From: Nitrospirota bacterium
GTDB lineage: Bacteria > Nitrospirota > Nitrospiria > JACQBZ01
NCBI GenBank assembly: GCA_016200255.1
Contig: JACQFA010000002.1
Coordinates: 3,807-67,806, forward strand
DNA length: 64,000 nucleotides
Direction: 5' to 3'
The notes below the pieces were generated by a model. The model was not told where the DNA came from and did not search any database. It was given only the letters and a program-made list of their open reading frames with translations. The position numbers were made by a program, and so were the translations under genes. Each line of letters starts with the position of its first letter. Within the stretch, counting starts at the first letter, position 1. Below are positions 35,514 to 43,982 of the stretch, in pieces.

Positions 35514-35542
35514 TTGACAAGATCGGCCCAATCAGGTACATT
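35514..35542 (+). promoter_or_regulatory. candidate sigma-70 promoter at the head of the 25-kb locus
   Basis: TTGACA (35514..35519), a 17-nt spacer, then TACATT (35537..35542), in an AT-rich 170-bp spacer ~48 nt upstream of the ATG at 35590. Confidence 0.4.
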
Positions 35543-35589
35543 CAGCGATCAAATAGCAGGTTAAATGTGCGGAGTTATCGAGTCGAAGA

Positions 35590-36999
35590 ATGGGTTGGTT
35601 TTCAAAGAAGACACGCAAGGTACTGGTCTTGGGACTGGATTGTGCCACGCCTCAGCTGGTTTTTGACCGCTGGCTAAAGGATCTTCCCAATATTAAGAGT
35701 CTTGTTGATCGCAGCGTTTACGGGGAAATGAAAAGCTGCGACCCGCCGATTACCGTCCCGGCATGGGCTTCGATGATGTCCAGCAAGAATCCGGGGCGTC
35801 TCGGCATCTACGGTTTCCGAAACCGCGCCGATTATTCCTACGACAAATTGACCATGGCTAATTCCACCTCGGTGAAAGAGGACCGGGTATGGGATATTCT
35901 TTCCCGCGCCGGAAAACAGGTCGCCTTGATCGGGGTTCCCCAGACCTATCCCCCCAAACCGATCAACGGCCATATGGTTACCTGCTTTCTCACCCCCGAT
36001 ATCAGCAGCAACTTTACGTATCCGGCCGAATTCCGGAATGAAGTGCAAAAGGTGGTGGGGGAATACATTCTCGACGTGAAAGATTTCAGGACGGAAAATA
36101 AGGAGCTGATCCTCCGTCAGATTTTTGAAATGACCGAAAAGCGTTTCAAACTGGCCCGGCACATGCTCAAAAACAAGCCGTGGGATTATTTCATGATGGT
36201 CGAAATGGGCGTGGACCGGATCCATCACGGTTTCTGGAAGTACATGGACACGACCCATCGCAAATACGAGGTCGGCAACCCCTTTGAGAACGCCATCTAC
36301 GATTATTACCGGTACCTCGACCGCGAAATCGGGGAAATCCTTTCGCTGATTGATTCCGATACGGTGGTCTTCCTCGTTTCGGATCACGGAGCGAAGAAGA
36401 TGGAGGGCGGAATCTGCATTAACGAGTGGTTCCGCCGGGAGGGCTATTTAAAACTGGCGGAGGATCCCGCGGGCCCGACGCCCATTTCCAGGGCCTCGGT
36501 GGACTGGCGGGAGACGAAGGCCTGGGGCGAGGGCGGTTACTATTCCCGGATTTTTATGAACGTCAAGGGGCGCGAGCCGCACGGCGCGATTGATCCGAAG
36601 GATTATGAAACGGTGCGGACTGAATTAATCGCGAAGCTGGAGGCCCTGACGGACGAAAAGGGGCAGCCCATTGGGACGAAGGTCTATCGGCCGGAGGAGC
36701 TCTATCCCGAGGTGCGGGGCATCGCGCCGGATTTGATCGCCTACTTTGGGAATCTCTATTGGCGCTCGGTGGGAAGCGTGGGTCTCGGGTCGATCCATAC
36801 ATTTGAGAACGATACCGGGCCCGATGATGCGAACCACGCCGAGCACGGAATTTTTGTCATGGCGGATCCAAAGCGGTCGGGAGAGGGCCGGAAACTAACC
36901 GGTCTTCAATTGATGGACATGGCCCCGACCATTCTGAAACTGTTTGACATGCCCGTTCCGCACGACATGGAAGGAAAGGCGGTATCATTTGCAGGCTGA
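35590..36999 (+). CDS. alkaline-phosphatase-superfamily protein, nucleotide pyrophosphatase/phosphodiesterase type (paralog 1)
   Basis: 'VLVLGLDCAT', 'DPPITVPAWASMMSSKNPGRLGIYGF' (nucleophile Thr context) and 'FLVSDHGA' are present. It is homologous to 46518..48245 and 48265..49998. Confidence 0.8.
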   Translation: MGWFSKKTRKVLVLGLDCATPQLVFDRWLKDLPNIKSLVDRSVYGEMKSCDPPITVPAWASMMSSKNPGRLGIYGFRNRADYSYDKLTMANSTSVKEDRVWDILSRAGKQVALIGVPQTYPPKPINGHMVTCFLTPDISSNFTYPAEFRNEVQKVVGEYILDVKDFRTENKELILRQIFEMTEKRFKLARHMLKNKPWDYFMMVEMGVDRIHHGFWKYMDTTHRKYEVGNPFENAIYDYYRYLDREIGEILSLIDSDTVVFLVSDHGAKKMEGGICINEWFRREGYLKLAEDPAGPTPISRASVDWRETKAWGEGGYYSRIFMNVKGREPHGAIDPKDYETVRTELIAKLEALTDEKGQPIGTKVYRPEELYPEVRGIAPDLIAYFGNLYWRSVGSVGLGSIHTFENDTGPDDANHAEHGIFVMADPKRSGEGRKLTGLQLMDMAPTILKLFDMPVPHDMEGKAVSFAG

Positions 37000-37573
37000 T
37001 GCTTTCAAAGGCGTAACGATATGGCTGACCGGCCTGCCCTCGGCCGGAAAAACAACGCTGGCCCATTTGTTGGGAAACAAACTGCGGGAAAGAGGGATCA
37101 CCGGGCTTGAAATTCTGGACGGGGATGTCATTCGGCTGAATCTTTGCAAGGATCTGGGGTTCAGCCAGGAAGACCGGATGACCAATATCCGGCGGATCGC
37201 CTTCGTCTCGCAGCTTTTAACGCGCCACGGCATCATCGTGATCGTCGCCGCAATCTCGCCCTATCGGGAAAGCCGAGATCTCGCCCGTCAGGAGATCAAG
37301 GATTTCGTCGAGGTGTTTGTCAAATGTCCGATGGACGTCCTGATCGGTCGGGATGTGAAAGGGCACTATAAAAAAGCGCTGGCTGGAAATCTCCCCCATT
37401 TCACCGGGGTATCGGACCCGTATGAAGAGCCGCTCCATCCGGAGATCCTGGTCGAAACCGACAAGGAAACGCCCGAGGCGTCGGCCGCAAAGATTCTCGG
37501 TTTTCTCAAAAAAATGGGATACCTGCCCGATTCTTTTTCGACCCTATATGAAAAACGGAAAAGCGCGCCATGA
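36944..37573 (+). CDS. cysC: adenylyl-sulfate (APS) kinase
   Basis: 'GVTIWLTGLPSAGKTTLA' (P-loop), 'LDGDVIRLNLCKDLGFSQEDR' and 'VAAISPYRESR' are present. The start is either the ATG at 36944 (56-nt overlap with the upstream gene) or the TTG at 36989 (11-nt overlap). Confidence 0.9.
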   Translation: MTCPFRTTWKERRYHLQADAFKGVTIWLTGLPSAGKTTLAHLLGNKLRERGITGLEILDGDVIRLNLCKDLGFSQEDRMTNIRRIAFVSQLLTRHGIIVIVAAISPYRESRDLARQEIKDFVEVFVKCPMDVLIGRDVKGHYKKALAGNLPHFTGVSDPYEEPLHPEILVETDKETPEASAAKILGFLKKMGYLPDSFSTLYEKRKSAP

Positions 37574-38448
37574 TCGGCCGACGGATCGATCTTCATGCCC
37601 ACAGCACGGCCTCGGACGGCAGTCTCACCCCGCCGGAACTGATCCGGTATGCCGCCGATAAAAAACTTTCCGCAATGGCCCTGACGGACCACGATTGCGT
37701 GGACGGACTGGATGAGGCCGTGGCCGAAGGGGAGCGGCTGGGCATCGAGGTGATTCCGGCGGTGGAGTTGAGCGCCGACCATCCCGACGGGACGATGCAT
37801 ATCCTGGGTTTTTTCGTGGACCGGCGGCATGAGGGGTTTTGCGGCCGGTTGCGGCGACTACAAGAGGCCCGCCGGGAGAGAAACCCGAAGATCATTCAGA
37901 ATCTTCAGTCGTTGGGATTGAATCTTACCTATGACGAAGTGGTCGCCGCGTCCGGAGGAGGACAGGTCGGCCGGCCCCATTTTGCGAAGGTTCTGGTCCA
38001 GAAGGGGTATGTCTCCTCGATGCAGGAGGCTTTCGAGCGATATCTGAAAAAAGGGGCGCCGGGATATGTCGAAAAGTTCCGGTTCAGTCCTCAGGATGCC
38101 ATCGCCGCGATTCATGAGGCGGGGGGCGTGGCCGTGCTGGCGCATCCGTTTACGTTGTACAAGGACAATTCCGTCCCGCTGGACCCGCTGCTCGAAGGGC
38201 TGTCGCAGGCCGGTCTGGACGGGATAGAAGTGATCTACAGCACTTATTCCGGGGAGCAGACGCGGTATTATCGCGAGCGGGCCGAGAAGTACAACCTGCT
38301 GCCGTCGGGCGGATCCGATTTTCACGGGGCCCATAAACCCGGAATCGATCTCGGGGTCGGTCAGGGCCGTCTCGAGGTTCCCTATGAACTGCTCGAACCG
38401 CTTCGAAAAAAGGCTCAAGGCTATAAAGTCTCGGTTCATGCCGGTTGA
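37570..38448 (+). CDS. PHP-domain phosphoesterase, TrpH/YciV (COG0613) family; candidate 3',5'-nucleoside-bisphosphate (pAp) phosphatase
   Basis: 'IDLHAHSTASDGSLTP', 'LTDHD', 'GGVAVLAHP' and 'GGSDFHG' are present, colinear with E. coli TrpH. There is an ATGA overlap with cysC. Confidence 0.8.
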   Translation: MIGRRIDLHAHSTASDGSLTPPELIRYAADKKLSAMALTDHDCVDGLDEAVAEGERLGIEVIPAVELSADHPDGTMHILGFFVDRRHEGFCGRLRRLQEARRERNPKIIQNLQSLGLNLTYDEVVAASGGGQVGRPHFAKVLVQKGYVSSMQEAFERYLKKGAPGYVEKFRFSPQDAIAAIHEAGGVAVLAHPFTLYKDNSVPLDPLLEGLSQAGLDGIEVIYSTYSGEQTRYYRERAEKYNLLPSGGSDFHGAHKPGIDLGVGQGRLEVPYELLEPLRKKAQGYKVSVHAG

Positions 38449-38498
38449 CGATCGCCGTTGATTCCATTTGGAAGGACCTTATAACGCGGGAGATGATC

Positions 38499-39791
38499 AT
38501 GAGCGTCGATAAACCGTTTGACGTTATTGTTATGGGCGGAGGACCGGGCGGGTCCAGCACCGCCACGTTTTTAGCTCAAAAGGGCCACAAGGTTTTGCTC
38601 CTTGAAAAAGAGCGATTCCCCCGGTTTCATATCGGCGAATCGTTGTTGCCGGCGCTATGGGACATCTGGGACGCGCTCGGAGTCACTGCGGAGCTTGAGG
38701 CGAAGGGTTTTGTGGTGAAGCAGGGCGTCAACTTTGCGATGTTTAATTCGCCCAACGATATCGCCCTTTTGACGGGCGAATACCCCGAGTACTTTCAGCG
38801 CCCGTATGCCTATCATGTCGATCGGGCGAGCTTCGACGAGATCCTTCTGAATCACGCGCGCCGGACCGGCGTCGAGGTTCGGGAGGAATGGACCGTCCAG
38901 GACGTCTTGTTTGAGGGAAGCCGGGCCGTCGGTGTGTTGGCCGGGCCCAACGGACAGGAAGCCCGGCCGATCCGGTCGTCCATCGTCGTGGACGCCACCG
39001 GACGCTCCAGTTTGATCTCGCGAAAGCTCGGCTGGCACAAGCGCGATCCGAAACTCTCCAAAGTCGCCTATTTCACGCATTTTAAAGGCGCCCGCCGCCA
39101 GGAGACGATCGAGATTTTAAAAGACCCTGTTTTATGCCAGGACGACACCTATATGACCGATATCCACACCATCGACGCCGGATGGATCTGGTACATCCCG
39201 CTAACGGATGACATTGTGAGCGTCGGAGCGGTCGTGGATTTGAAACACGACTTCGGAGCGCCGGACCCGCAGACGCGCTTCAACCGTGCGATAGCCAGTT
39301 GCTCCCGAATCCGCGACTGGGTCGGATCGTCGGAACAGCTGATCGAGATGCAGGCCATCTCGAACATTTCATACCTCAGCGATTCGTTTGTCGGAGACGG
39401 CTTCGTCTTGGTCGGAGACGCCTCGATGTTCGTGGACCCGATCTTTTCGGCCGGCGTGACGATCGCGATGCGCGGCGGGATGTTCGCGGCCGATGCGATT
39501 CATGAGGCTTTTCTGGCCGGGGATTTCAGCGCCGCGCGGCTGAAGCCTTATGAGACGAAGATCCGCCATCCGATGGGCCGTATCTTCAAGATGATTTACA
39601 ACTGGTATCACATACTGCAAAACAAGGATGCCGGCAATATTTTTGCCATGTCCCGACAGATGCCGCTTTTGCGCGAGCGGCTGATCGTACTCCTGAGCGG
39701 CGGATATGACAAGGTTGACATGGAGGCTATCCTCAAAGCGACCGAGGGCCAGATGGATCGCCTGACCGCCGGTCCGGGGAAAATGGCCTGA
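38499..39791 (+). CDS. FAD-dependent halogenase-like oxidoreductase (PltA / Trp-halogenase superfamily)
   Basis: 'VMGGGPGGS' (GxGxxG), 'FPRFHIGESLLP', Lys in 'VVKQG', 'GWIWYIPL' (WxWxIP) and 'GDASMFVDPIFSAG' are present. The ATG at 38499 follows GGGAG; the listed 38445 start is a TTG. Confidence 0.75.
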   Translation: MSVDKPFDVIVMGGGPGGSSTATFLAQKGHKVLLLEKERFPRFHIGESLLPALWDIWDALGVTAELEAKGFVVKQGVNFAMFNSPNDIALLTGEYPEYFQRPYAYHVDRASFDEILLNHARRTGVEVREEWTVQDVLFEGSRAVGVLAGPNGQEARPIRSSIVVDATGRSSLISRKLGWHKRDPKLSKVAYFTHFKGARRQETIEILKDPVLCQDDTYMTDIHTIDAGWIWYIPLTDDIVSVGAVVDLKHDFGAPDPQTRFNRAIASCSRIRDWVGSSEQLIEMQAISNISYLSDSFVGDGFVLVGDASMFVDPIFSAGVTIAMRGGMFAADAIHEAFLAGDFSAARLKPYETKIRHPMGRIFKMIYNWYHILQNKDAGNIFAMSRQMPLLRERLIVLLSGGYDKVDMEAILKATEGQMDRLTAGPGKMA

Positions 39792-39815
39792 GTGTAACTG
39801 ACAACGGAGGAGGAG

Positions 39816-42809
39816 ATGGATTTTTCAAAATCTAAGAAACGTGCGTCGGGCGGGGTCATGTTTCATCATCCGGTCGCATTTTGGCTGGGGACCGCTGTCC
39901 TGGTGGCGGGTGTCATCATGCATCTGCCGGACTACTTCAATGCCGGAGGCATGAGCTACCGCATGGCCGGGATGCCTATGTCACAGATCATGCTGATCGG
40001 CATGGCGCTGATTCTCGGTGGAATCGGCCTGGCCGCGTATGGACTGTTTCCGCGGAATTTTGGACGACCGACCGTGGATGTGGGAGAAGCATTTCATATA
40101 CGGGCGATGGACGATGCCCCCCTCACGGCGGCCCACTGGCGGCTGGTGGCGGTGCTCGGAACGGCGCTGATCGTGGACGTGATGAAGCCGGCCACGCTGG
40201 GCTTCGTCGTCCCGGGCTCCAGGGCCGAATACGGGTTGACCGCTTCCCAGGTGGCGTGGTTTCCGTTGGTGGCTCTGACCGGCACGACCATCGGTTCGGT
40301 GATCTGGGGCATGCTGGCGGATCGGCTCGGCCGACGGGGCGCGATCCTGATGGCGGCGCTGATGTTTGTCGGGACGACGATCTGCGGCGCGATGCCTTCG
40401 TTTGCCTGGAATCTATTCATGTGTTTTCTGATGGGACTGTCGGCCGGCGGGCTGTTGCCGATCGTCTTTGCGCTTCTGGCCGAAACGATGCCGGCGAAAC
40501 AGCGCGGTTGGATCACGGTGTTGATCGGCGGAATTGGAACGGTCGGCGGCTATCTCGCGGCCAGTGGAGCCGCCGCATTGTTTGAACCCCATTTCAACTG
40601 GCGGATCCTGTGGTTTTTGAATCTGCCGACCGGCGCTCTCGTGATTGCGCTGAACCGGTTTATTCCGGAATCTCCCCGCTACCTTTTTATGCACGGTCGG
40701 TCTGATGAGGCCCGTGATATGATGCAGAATTTCGGCATCACGGTGGAGAAGGAAAAGGTTGCGGCCCGGTCCATCGCCGCCCATCAAAAGGAGCATTATC
40801 TGACCAGTCTGTCCCGGTTATTCAGCGGGGTCTATCGCAGTCAGACTCTCAGTCTCGTTCTGCTCGGGTTGGCCTGGGGGCTGGTCAACTGGGGCTTCCT
40901 CACCTGGCTTCCGAGTAATTTAAGGGAGATGGGCCTGTCGGCCGGAGTTTCGAACGGAATACTGGCACGGTCCGCGTTGATCGCCATTCCCGGTATCCTA
41001 ATTGTGTCTTGGCTCTACGGTCACTGGAGCAGCAAGAAAAGCATGGTGATGTTTGGCCTGGCGACCGCCACGGTGTTGGTCGGGTTTTCCGTGATCGGCA
41101 GCGATCTTGCTAAAAACACCGGTCTGCTGGTAATGCTCGTCATGGGTCTGCTTGTCTGCAGCAGCGGAGTGATCGCGACGCTGCTTCCCTACAGCGCCGA
41201 GGTTTATCCCACGCGTCTACGGGGTATTGGAGCCGGGGTCACTTCCGCCAGCAGTAAGTTTGGCGGGATCGTTGGTCCTCCTCTCATCGCCGCCGTGATC
41301 ACCCTGTGGCCCGGTCTCACGGTTGCGGCACTGGTGACGGCGGTGCCGATCGCCGTAGCGGCGATCCTGCTCGGCCTTAAAGGATTTGAAACACGGGGCC
41401 GGCGTCTTGAAGAGATCCAGTCTTCCGCCGCCGCAAAACCAAAAGGGTCCAAGAAGCGGGATGTGGTCATTATCGGAGGAGGTCCGGCCGGAGCAGCCAG
41501 CGCGATGTTCCTGGCAAAAGAAGGCCTCCGGTCGCTGATCATCGAGGAGGAACCCTTCCCGCGTTATCACATCGGCGAGTCATTGACCGGCGCCGGCGGC
41601 CAGGTTCTGCGGGAGCTGGGACTGGACGTCGAAATGATCAAACGCAATCATCCGGTCAAGCAGGGGGTCAAAGTCTACGGCAACAACCCGAAGGGCACCT
41701 GGTTTGTACCCGTCATGGGGCGTGACGAAAACTGGAACCTCCATGACTCGGAGACCTGGCAGGTGCGTCGGAGCGAGTTCGACCGCATGATGCTCAACGA
41801 GGCCTCCTCGCGCGGCGCAGACCTTCTTCAGGGAAAGGCGACCCGGCCGCTCCGGAACGAGGACGGCTCGGTGCGGGGCGTGGAAGTCCGAATGGCCGAC
41901 GGCGGCGTTCAGGAGATCGAGTCGGAGGTTTTGCTCGACTGCTCGGGTCAGGCGACCTTCTTGGCGAATGCCGGTGTGACGGGGACCAAACATATTGGCA
42001 ATCACGTCAAGCATATCGCGATCTTCTCGCAGGTGGCCGGCGCCATCCGGGATCAGGGCGGCAGCCGCGACAACCATAAGGACAATACGCTCATTTTTTA
42101 TCAAAAGAAGTTCCACTGGGCCTGGTTCATTCCGCTTGACGACGACATCGTGAGCGTCGGGGTCGTGGTCCCGTCGTCCTATTTCCAGGAAAGGAAGGAG
42201 ACCAAACGGGATTTCCTGATTCGGGAACTGCATGAACTGCACCCGGAGCTCAAGCGTCGCCTTCCGGAAATCAAGCTGGTCGAGGAGGTTCATGCAATTC
42301 CGGACTACACCTATCAGGTGGACGAATTCTGCGGCAAGGGCTTCATCTGTATCGGAGACGCCCACCGTTTTATCGATCCGATCTTTTCTTTCGGCGTGAC
42401 GGTTGCGATGCGGGAGGCCCAGTTCGCGGCGCCGGCGATCAAGGACTATCTTGGGGGCGCCCATCGCGATCGGGCCAATCCGTTTGCCGGGCACCAGCTA
42501 TTGTGCGACAAGGGAGCCGACGTCTTGGAGGACACCATCGACCTGTTCTGGGACCAGCCGACGACCTTCGCATTTTTCGCGCATCAACGCCACAAGGAGA
42601 TGATCACGGACGTTTTTGCCGGGCGGATCTATGAAAGGCAGCCCTCCGCCTCCATCGTGGATGTGCGGAAGCTCCTCAATCGCCAGCAGGATCGTGAACG
42701 GTTTTACGAAAATCCGGACCTCTACTCGGTTCCGATCGGTTCGCGCTACCATCCTGAACGCGCATCCATTTGGGAGCCGAATTCTTCAATGGCCTCCGCG
42801 GAAGAATAG
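39816..42809 (+). CDS. fusion protein: MFS permease (N-terminal ~535 aa) + FAD-dependent halogenase-like domain (C-terminal ~450 aa)
   Basis: A single 997-codon ORF preceded by a GGAGGAGGAG RBS. MFS marks are 'GMLADRLGRRG', 'IPESPRYLF' and 'FETRGRRLEEI'. The FAD-domain marks are 'IIGGGPAGAAS', 'FPRYHIGESL', 'VKQG', 'HWAWFIPL' and 'GDAHRFIDPIFSFG'. Confidence 0.8.
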   Translation: MDFSKSKKRASGGVMFHHPVAFWLGTAVLVAGVIMHLPDYFNAGGMSYRMAGMPMSQIMLIGMALILGGIGLAAYGLFPRNFGRPTVDVGEAFHIRAMDDAPLTAAHWRLVAVLGTALIVDVMKPATLGFVVPGSRAEYGLTASQVAWFPLVALTGTTIGSVIWGMLADRLGRRGAILMAALMFVGTTICGAMPSFAWNLFMCFLMGLSAGGLLPIVFALLAETMPAKQRGWITVLIGGIGTVGGYLAASGAAALFEPHFNWRILWFLNLPTGALVIALNRFIPESPRYLFMHGRSDEARDMMQNFGITVEKEKVAARSIAAHQKEHYLTSLSRLFSGVYRSQTLSLVLLGLAWGLVNWGFLTWLPSNLREMGLSAGVSNGILARSALIAIPGILIVSWLYGHWSSKKSMVMFGLATATVLVGFSVIGSDLAKNTGLLVMLVMGLLVCSSGVIATLLPYSAEVYPTRLRGIGAGVTSASSKFGGIVGPPLIAAVITLWPGLTVAALVTAVPIAVAAILLGLKGFETRGRRLEEIQSSAAAKPKGSKKRDVVIIGGGPAGAASAMFLAKEGLRSLIIEEEPFPRYHIGESLTGAGGQVLRELGLDVEMIKRNHPVKQGVKVYGNNPKGTWFVPVMGRDENWNLHDSETWQVRRSEFDRMMLNEASSRGADLLQGKATRPLRNEDGSVRGVEVRMADGGVQEIESEVLLDCSGQATFLANAGVTGTKHIGNHVKHIAIFSQVAGAIRDQGGSRDNHKDNTLIFYQKKFHWAWFIPLDDDIVSVGVVVPSSYFQERKETKRDFLIRELHELHPELKRRLPEIKLVEEVHAIPDYTYQVDEFCGKGFICIGDAHRFIDPIFSFGVTVAMREAQFAAPAIKDYLGGAHRDRANPFAGHQLLCDKGADVLEDTIDLFWDQPTTFAFFAHQRHKEMITDVFAGRIYERQPSASIVDVRKLLNRQQDRERFYENPDLYSVPIGSRYHPERASIWEPNSSMASAEE

Positions 42810-42835
42810 ATGGAACCGGCTTCTTAAGGTTGAAA

Positions 42836-43978
42836 ATGGATTTTTCCTTTACACAGGAACAGCGTCAGTTAAAGCGGTCCTTGGTCGATTTTGCCAAGGG
42901 CGCCTTGAATGACGACCTGGCTAAACGGGATCAAGCGCGGGAGTTTTCAAGGGACCTCTGGAAACGGTGCGCCGATTTTGGGATACAGGGCCTTCCGATC
43001 CCGGCCGAGTGGGGCGGCCGCGGTCTGGACATGGTCAGCGTCTTTTATGCGCTTGAAGGGCTGGGGTACGGCTGCCGGGATAACGGTCTCGCCTTCTCGA
43101 TGCAGGCCCATCTTTGGGGTGTCTCGATGCCTCTGTCGCTCTTCGGGACCCCGGTTCAGAAGAAAAGTTATCTTCCAAAACTTTGCGATGGGAGGATGAT
43201 CGGTTCGATCGCGATGGCCGAGCCGGAGTCGGGATCGGATGCATTTACTCTGAAAACGCGCGCCGTGAAAAAAGGGGCGGGGTATGTTTTAAACGGATCG
43301 AAGACCCTGATCACGAACGCCCCGGTGGCCGATCTGTATCTTGTCTTTGCGGCGGTCGAGCCGCCTGATCCGTCCGGCGTGACGGCATTTTTGGTCGAAC
43401 GGGGCGCGCCGGGTCTGACGGTCGGCCGGACGCTGGAAACGATGGGGCTGCGCACCTCCCCCCTGGGCGAACTGAGTTTCAAGGACTGCGAGGTTCCGGC
43501 CGGGAATCTGCTCGGCAAACCGGGCGACGGGACGGTCATCTTCACCGGCGCCATGGAGCTGGAGCGGTGCGGCATCCCGGCCAGTCATGTCGGCGCGATG
43601 GAGCGGATTCTGGAGCGCTGCATCGCCTATGCGCGCGAACGCCGGCAGTTCGGAAAGCCGATCGGCGATTTTCAGGCCGTTTCCCATAAGATCGCCGAGA
43701 TGAAAATCCGGCTGGAGACGTCGCGCTTGCTGGTTTACCGGGCCGCCTGGCTCAAGAGCCAGGAGCGGCATGCCATTCTGGAGGCCTCGATCGCCAAGGC
43801 GCATGTCGGAGACGCCTATATCCAGACCTGTCTAGATGCGGTCCAGATTTACGGCGGCCGCGGTTATCTGGTCGAATTTGAACTGGAGCGGGAGCTGCGG
43901 GATGCGATCCCGAGCCGGATTTATTCCGGAACCTCCGAAATCCAGAAGAAGATCATTGCGGGCTGGCTGGGATTGTAG
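42836..43978 (+). CDS. acyl-CoA-dehydrogenase-family flavoprotein, probably an acyl/aminoacyl-carrier-protein dehydrogenase
   Basis: 380 aa with ACAD domains ('IAMAEPESGSD', 'NGSKTLITNA', 'FGKPIGDFQAVSHKIAEM', 'IYGGRGY'). The ATG is at 42836 (MDFSFTQEQ..). It lies immediately upstream of the adenylation enzyme and carrier protein. Confidence 0.8.
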   Translation: MDFSFTQEQRQLKRSLVDFAKGALNDDLAKRDQAREFSRDLWKRCADFGIQGLPIPAEWGGRGLDMVSVFYALEGLGYGCRDNGLAFSMQAHLWGVSMPLSLFGTPVQKKSYLPKLCDGRMIGSIAMAEPESGSDAFTLKTRAVKKGAGYVLNGSKTLITNAPVADLYLVFAAVEPPDPSGVTAFLVERGAPGLTVGRTLETMGLRTSPLGELSFKDCEVPAGNLLGKPGDGTVIFTGAMELERCGIPASHVGAMERILERCIAYARERRQFGKPIGDFQAVSHKIAEMKIRLETSRLLVYRAAWLKSQERHAILEASIAKAHVGDAYIQTCLDAVQIYGGRGYLVEFELERELRDAIPSRIYSGTSEIQKKIIAGWLGL

Positions 43979-43982
43979 ACGG

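Noticed and set aside
35316-35531. 71-aa minus ORF over tRNA-Leu, and 72-aa plus ORF 31849..32067 over tRNA-Cys
   Set aside because: Both overlap hand-folded canonical tRNA cloverleaves, and neither has independent coding evidence.
35334-35589. tRNA-Leu as attachment site of a recently integrated genomic island
   Set aside because: I saw no integrase, no excisionase and no direct repeat of the tRNA 3' end in the window. The downstream locus looks as GC-rich as the rest, so only the weaker statement (locus border at a tRNA) is kept.
36944-36999. 56-nt overlap between AlkP paralog 1 and cysC as a programmed frameshift or fusion
   Set aside because: An in-frame TTG at 36989 gives a normal-length CysC N-terminus with only an 11-nt overlap. 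No slippery heptamer was seen.
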